A DNA stretch of 62,073 nucleotides, the filler included, from Trichosphaerium sp. ATCC 40318 (lineage: Eukaryota > Protista > Tubulinea): the NCBI GenBank assembly GCA_038496445.1. It is 3 parts of 3 records of this genome, joined end to end, with 100 filler letters (N's around TTAATTAATTAA, not from the genome) between each part and the next. Parts side by side here need not be neighbours in the genome. Positions count along the whole stretch, not along the records: positions 44,744 to 62,073 come from JALMLS010000607.1; 2 more parts are not named here. The stretch is one strand, 5' to 3'. Both the position numbers and the translations under genes were made by a program. Positions 59,906 to 62,073 of the stretch are shown here, one piece after another; positions within the stretch are counted from its first letter, which is position 1, and every line of letters starts with the position of its first letter. Below the pieces are notes generated by a model. That model did not search any database and was not told the origin of the DNA. It saw only the letters and a list, made by a program, of their open reading frames with translations.

Positions 59906-61082
59906 AAACGGCCTAATTAATGTGCAAGAACATACTCTGAAGAATTAAGCATCGTTTACTCTTGCAAATGTTGTTCAAGCAATGGCAGAATAATATGGAA
60001 AGCACTTAAAAAAATTCTGCAGCAATCTTTTATTTCCAAAAAGTTGAAAATTCTTGCGTACCTCTAAAGTCTTGGTTGGAAGCCTCCGGTGAGCATTGAA
60101 TATATCTTGTGCTTGAGCACTTAAATGTTTGAATGGTGGCTAATAAAAGAGAGTTAAGCACGTGTCCAAGCAAACAACAGAAAGCATACCGCTTTGTGAT
60201 TTGGGCAGACCAGAGTAATCTGGATGCAATTACGCAATGACTATGATGTACTAGAAAAGTTGTTTGTAGTTTTCTTGTTTGACCGTGAATAAAACAACGA
60301 TCTCAGGCTTCGTGACCAAGCCAAGAGATAGGCTCCTCCAATATGTGTTGTTGTTGTTTTTAAGGAGTCAATGGACGATAGGGACCTAATACGATTTAGA
60401 CTAAAGTACACATAATCTTCAACAACGAATTACTGCGAGCTGTCTTATTTGTAAACTATTGACTGTAATACTACAATTCTTAAACATAAATGGTTAATTG
60501 TTGCGCTGTGATAGTTGAGCGCATGTATAAATTGACAACCAAAACAAGACTTAACATGAGTTGTGACAGTGATCCATAGTGGATTGCGACACTCAAAACA
60601 GCTTACTGAAATGACAGACGTCATTGTTTAGTCTGTACGTTTCCCAAAATATTATTGAGTGCCTTTACTCCTTCTTCTGATTAACAGGAAGCGTTGTTGG
60701 TATCAAGTGATGGGATAAATAATTGGCAATGCAAAGTAAGGACAATAGCAGACCGTTTGAGGACAAGAATGTTATAATTCTTTCTTAGTGATAGCGTTAA
60801 AGCCGACTTTGTAGCAATTGCAAATAACCAAAGAACGTCATTGACGAAGTTTTATCTGGCAAGCAAATTATCCAATGATAGGCAACTATTTTGTGAGTCA
60901 AATGCAAAAAGCAGATTTTTTTTGGCAAACCTTCGATAAGAGCACGTGTTTTTTTTTGACAAAACAAGGTACGCACCACCACCGTATTCGCACTGTAGTT
61001 TTCTACACTTATATACTGCTTAAATACGTCTATCATTAGTGGTATTAATTTATTACTATTAGAGCGGTTGTTTCAATTCTTA

Positions 61083-61793
61083 ATGGCGCTTGAGCGCAAG
61101 GTACTTGTTGTTTTACCAGTTTTTTGAATTGATTGTATTTATTGTTTATCACTGAACTGTGGCTAGGCTAATACGTCAACACCATGTGAGAACCTTCTTT
61201 TGATACTTCCAATGGAGTTACAATTGTCTATTATCGCTTTAGACGTCGAAGTATATTTAAGGTGGCCAGTGTTATCTAAGGATGCAGCAGTGACAACTCG
61301 ATTTGATTATGAGCTAAAAAAACATGGAAAATGGGTTATACATGATGCAACAAACCATGTTTCGAAGCAAGTCTTACCGTGGATAACTACAAAACGACAA
61401 GAATATTATTGGAAACATGGTAAGCTTAACGGACAACGTAAATGGTATGCAAATGGTCAAATAGCTGAGGAGCTTATTGTCAATGATATTGGTGATGGAG
61501 AGTTTAAACGATGGCATACAAACGGTCAAATGTGGGATAAGTTTCAAATCGCTAATGGTAAACAAGAAGGTGATCACAAGGAATGGTTTAAGAACGGGCA
61601 ATTATTAAGACTTTGTCATCGTGTTAAGGGTAAACTACATGGATTAGAAATGGAATGGTATGATAATGGCCAACTGAAAAAGGAGTGCACATACGTTAAT
61701 GGAATACGTCATGGACAGTATAAGTTTTGGACAAAGAGTGGTACATTGAAACAGCAAAGCGTCTATGTCATTGGTACATGTACTGACCAATAA
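61083..61793 (+). CDS. F-box-like + MORN-variant repeat protein
   Basis: Exon 1 MALERK, then ILPMELQLSIIALDVEVYLRWPVLSK...TTRFD..LKKHGKW (paralogue of 43909); repeats KLHGLEMEWYDNGQ, YVNGIRHGQYKFW. Confidence 0.85.
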
Positions 61794-62073
61794 AGTCAAA
61801 AGAGTTTGTAAAATGTCTTGTGTATTGTGCTATTTACAATATTGCTTTAATGTTGAAGAGACTTGGAATCTATGGGCTCTGCCCATGCAGTTTTAAATGC
61901 TGCTTGTGTCGCCACTGAAAGAGGTGTGGATGTTCGAGTATAGTGGGTAAGGTTGTGTAGTAAGTATCATTACATTACATGACTTAAGCATCCTTACAAA
62001 TCTAGAGTGTAAATATACAGTTTTGAGTAAGCAAGTTTCTATGGCAAATACGTAGAGGAAAACGCTTCTTGCC

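Overview
AT-rich eukaryotic genomic DNA, gene-dense with many short (about 30-100 nt) spliceosomal introns. The gene content (Grl/GABA-B-like family C GPCRs, Roco kinase) suggests a free-living amoeba-like protist; this is inference. Three contigs are joined by artificial N-TTAATTAATTAA-N spacers (20725-20824, 44644-44743). Housekeeping genes: TBC RabGAP, PET100-like, PH/NPF endocytic protein, MED6, UEV1/MMS2, RPL13A, quinone oxidoreductase, GCP3, QCR6, DCN1, ARL2 and a 2OG-Fe(II) oxygenase. Mobile DNA: an apparently intact L1/Tx1-type non-LTR retrotransposon and an 876-bp non-autonomous hAT element with TIRs and an 8-bp TSD. The standout is a family C-type 7TM receptor gene (minus strand, ~13804-20724) that has no Venus-flytrap domain. 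Its ectodomain is a Pmp-like (FxxN/GGxL) beta-helix encoded by a tandem array of 23 symmetric phase-2 cassette exons, one solenoid rung each, with conserved intron/exon borders and variable, mosaic centres. This is a candidate combinatorial (Dscam/VLR-like) diversified receptor. The right third of the window has intron-poor F-box+LRR and F-box-like+MORN-variant paralogue families resembling giant-virus repertoires, a Roco-like protein with a degenerate GTPase and a tyrosine-kinase-type domain built partly from 4- and 6-nt microexons, and a copied intron inserted into a decayed paralogue. All gene models were spliced by eye, so exon boundaries are approximate.
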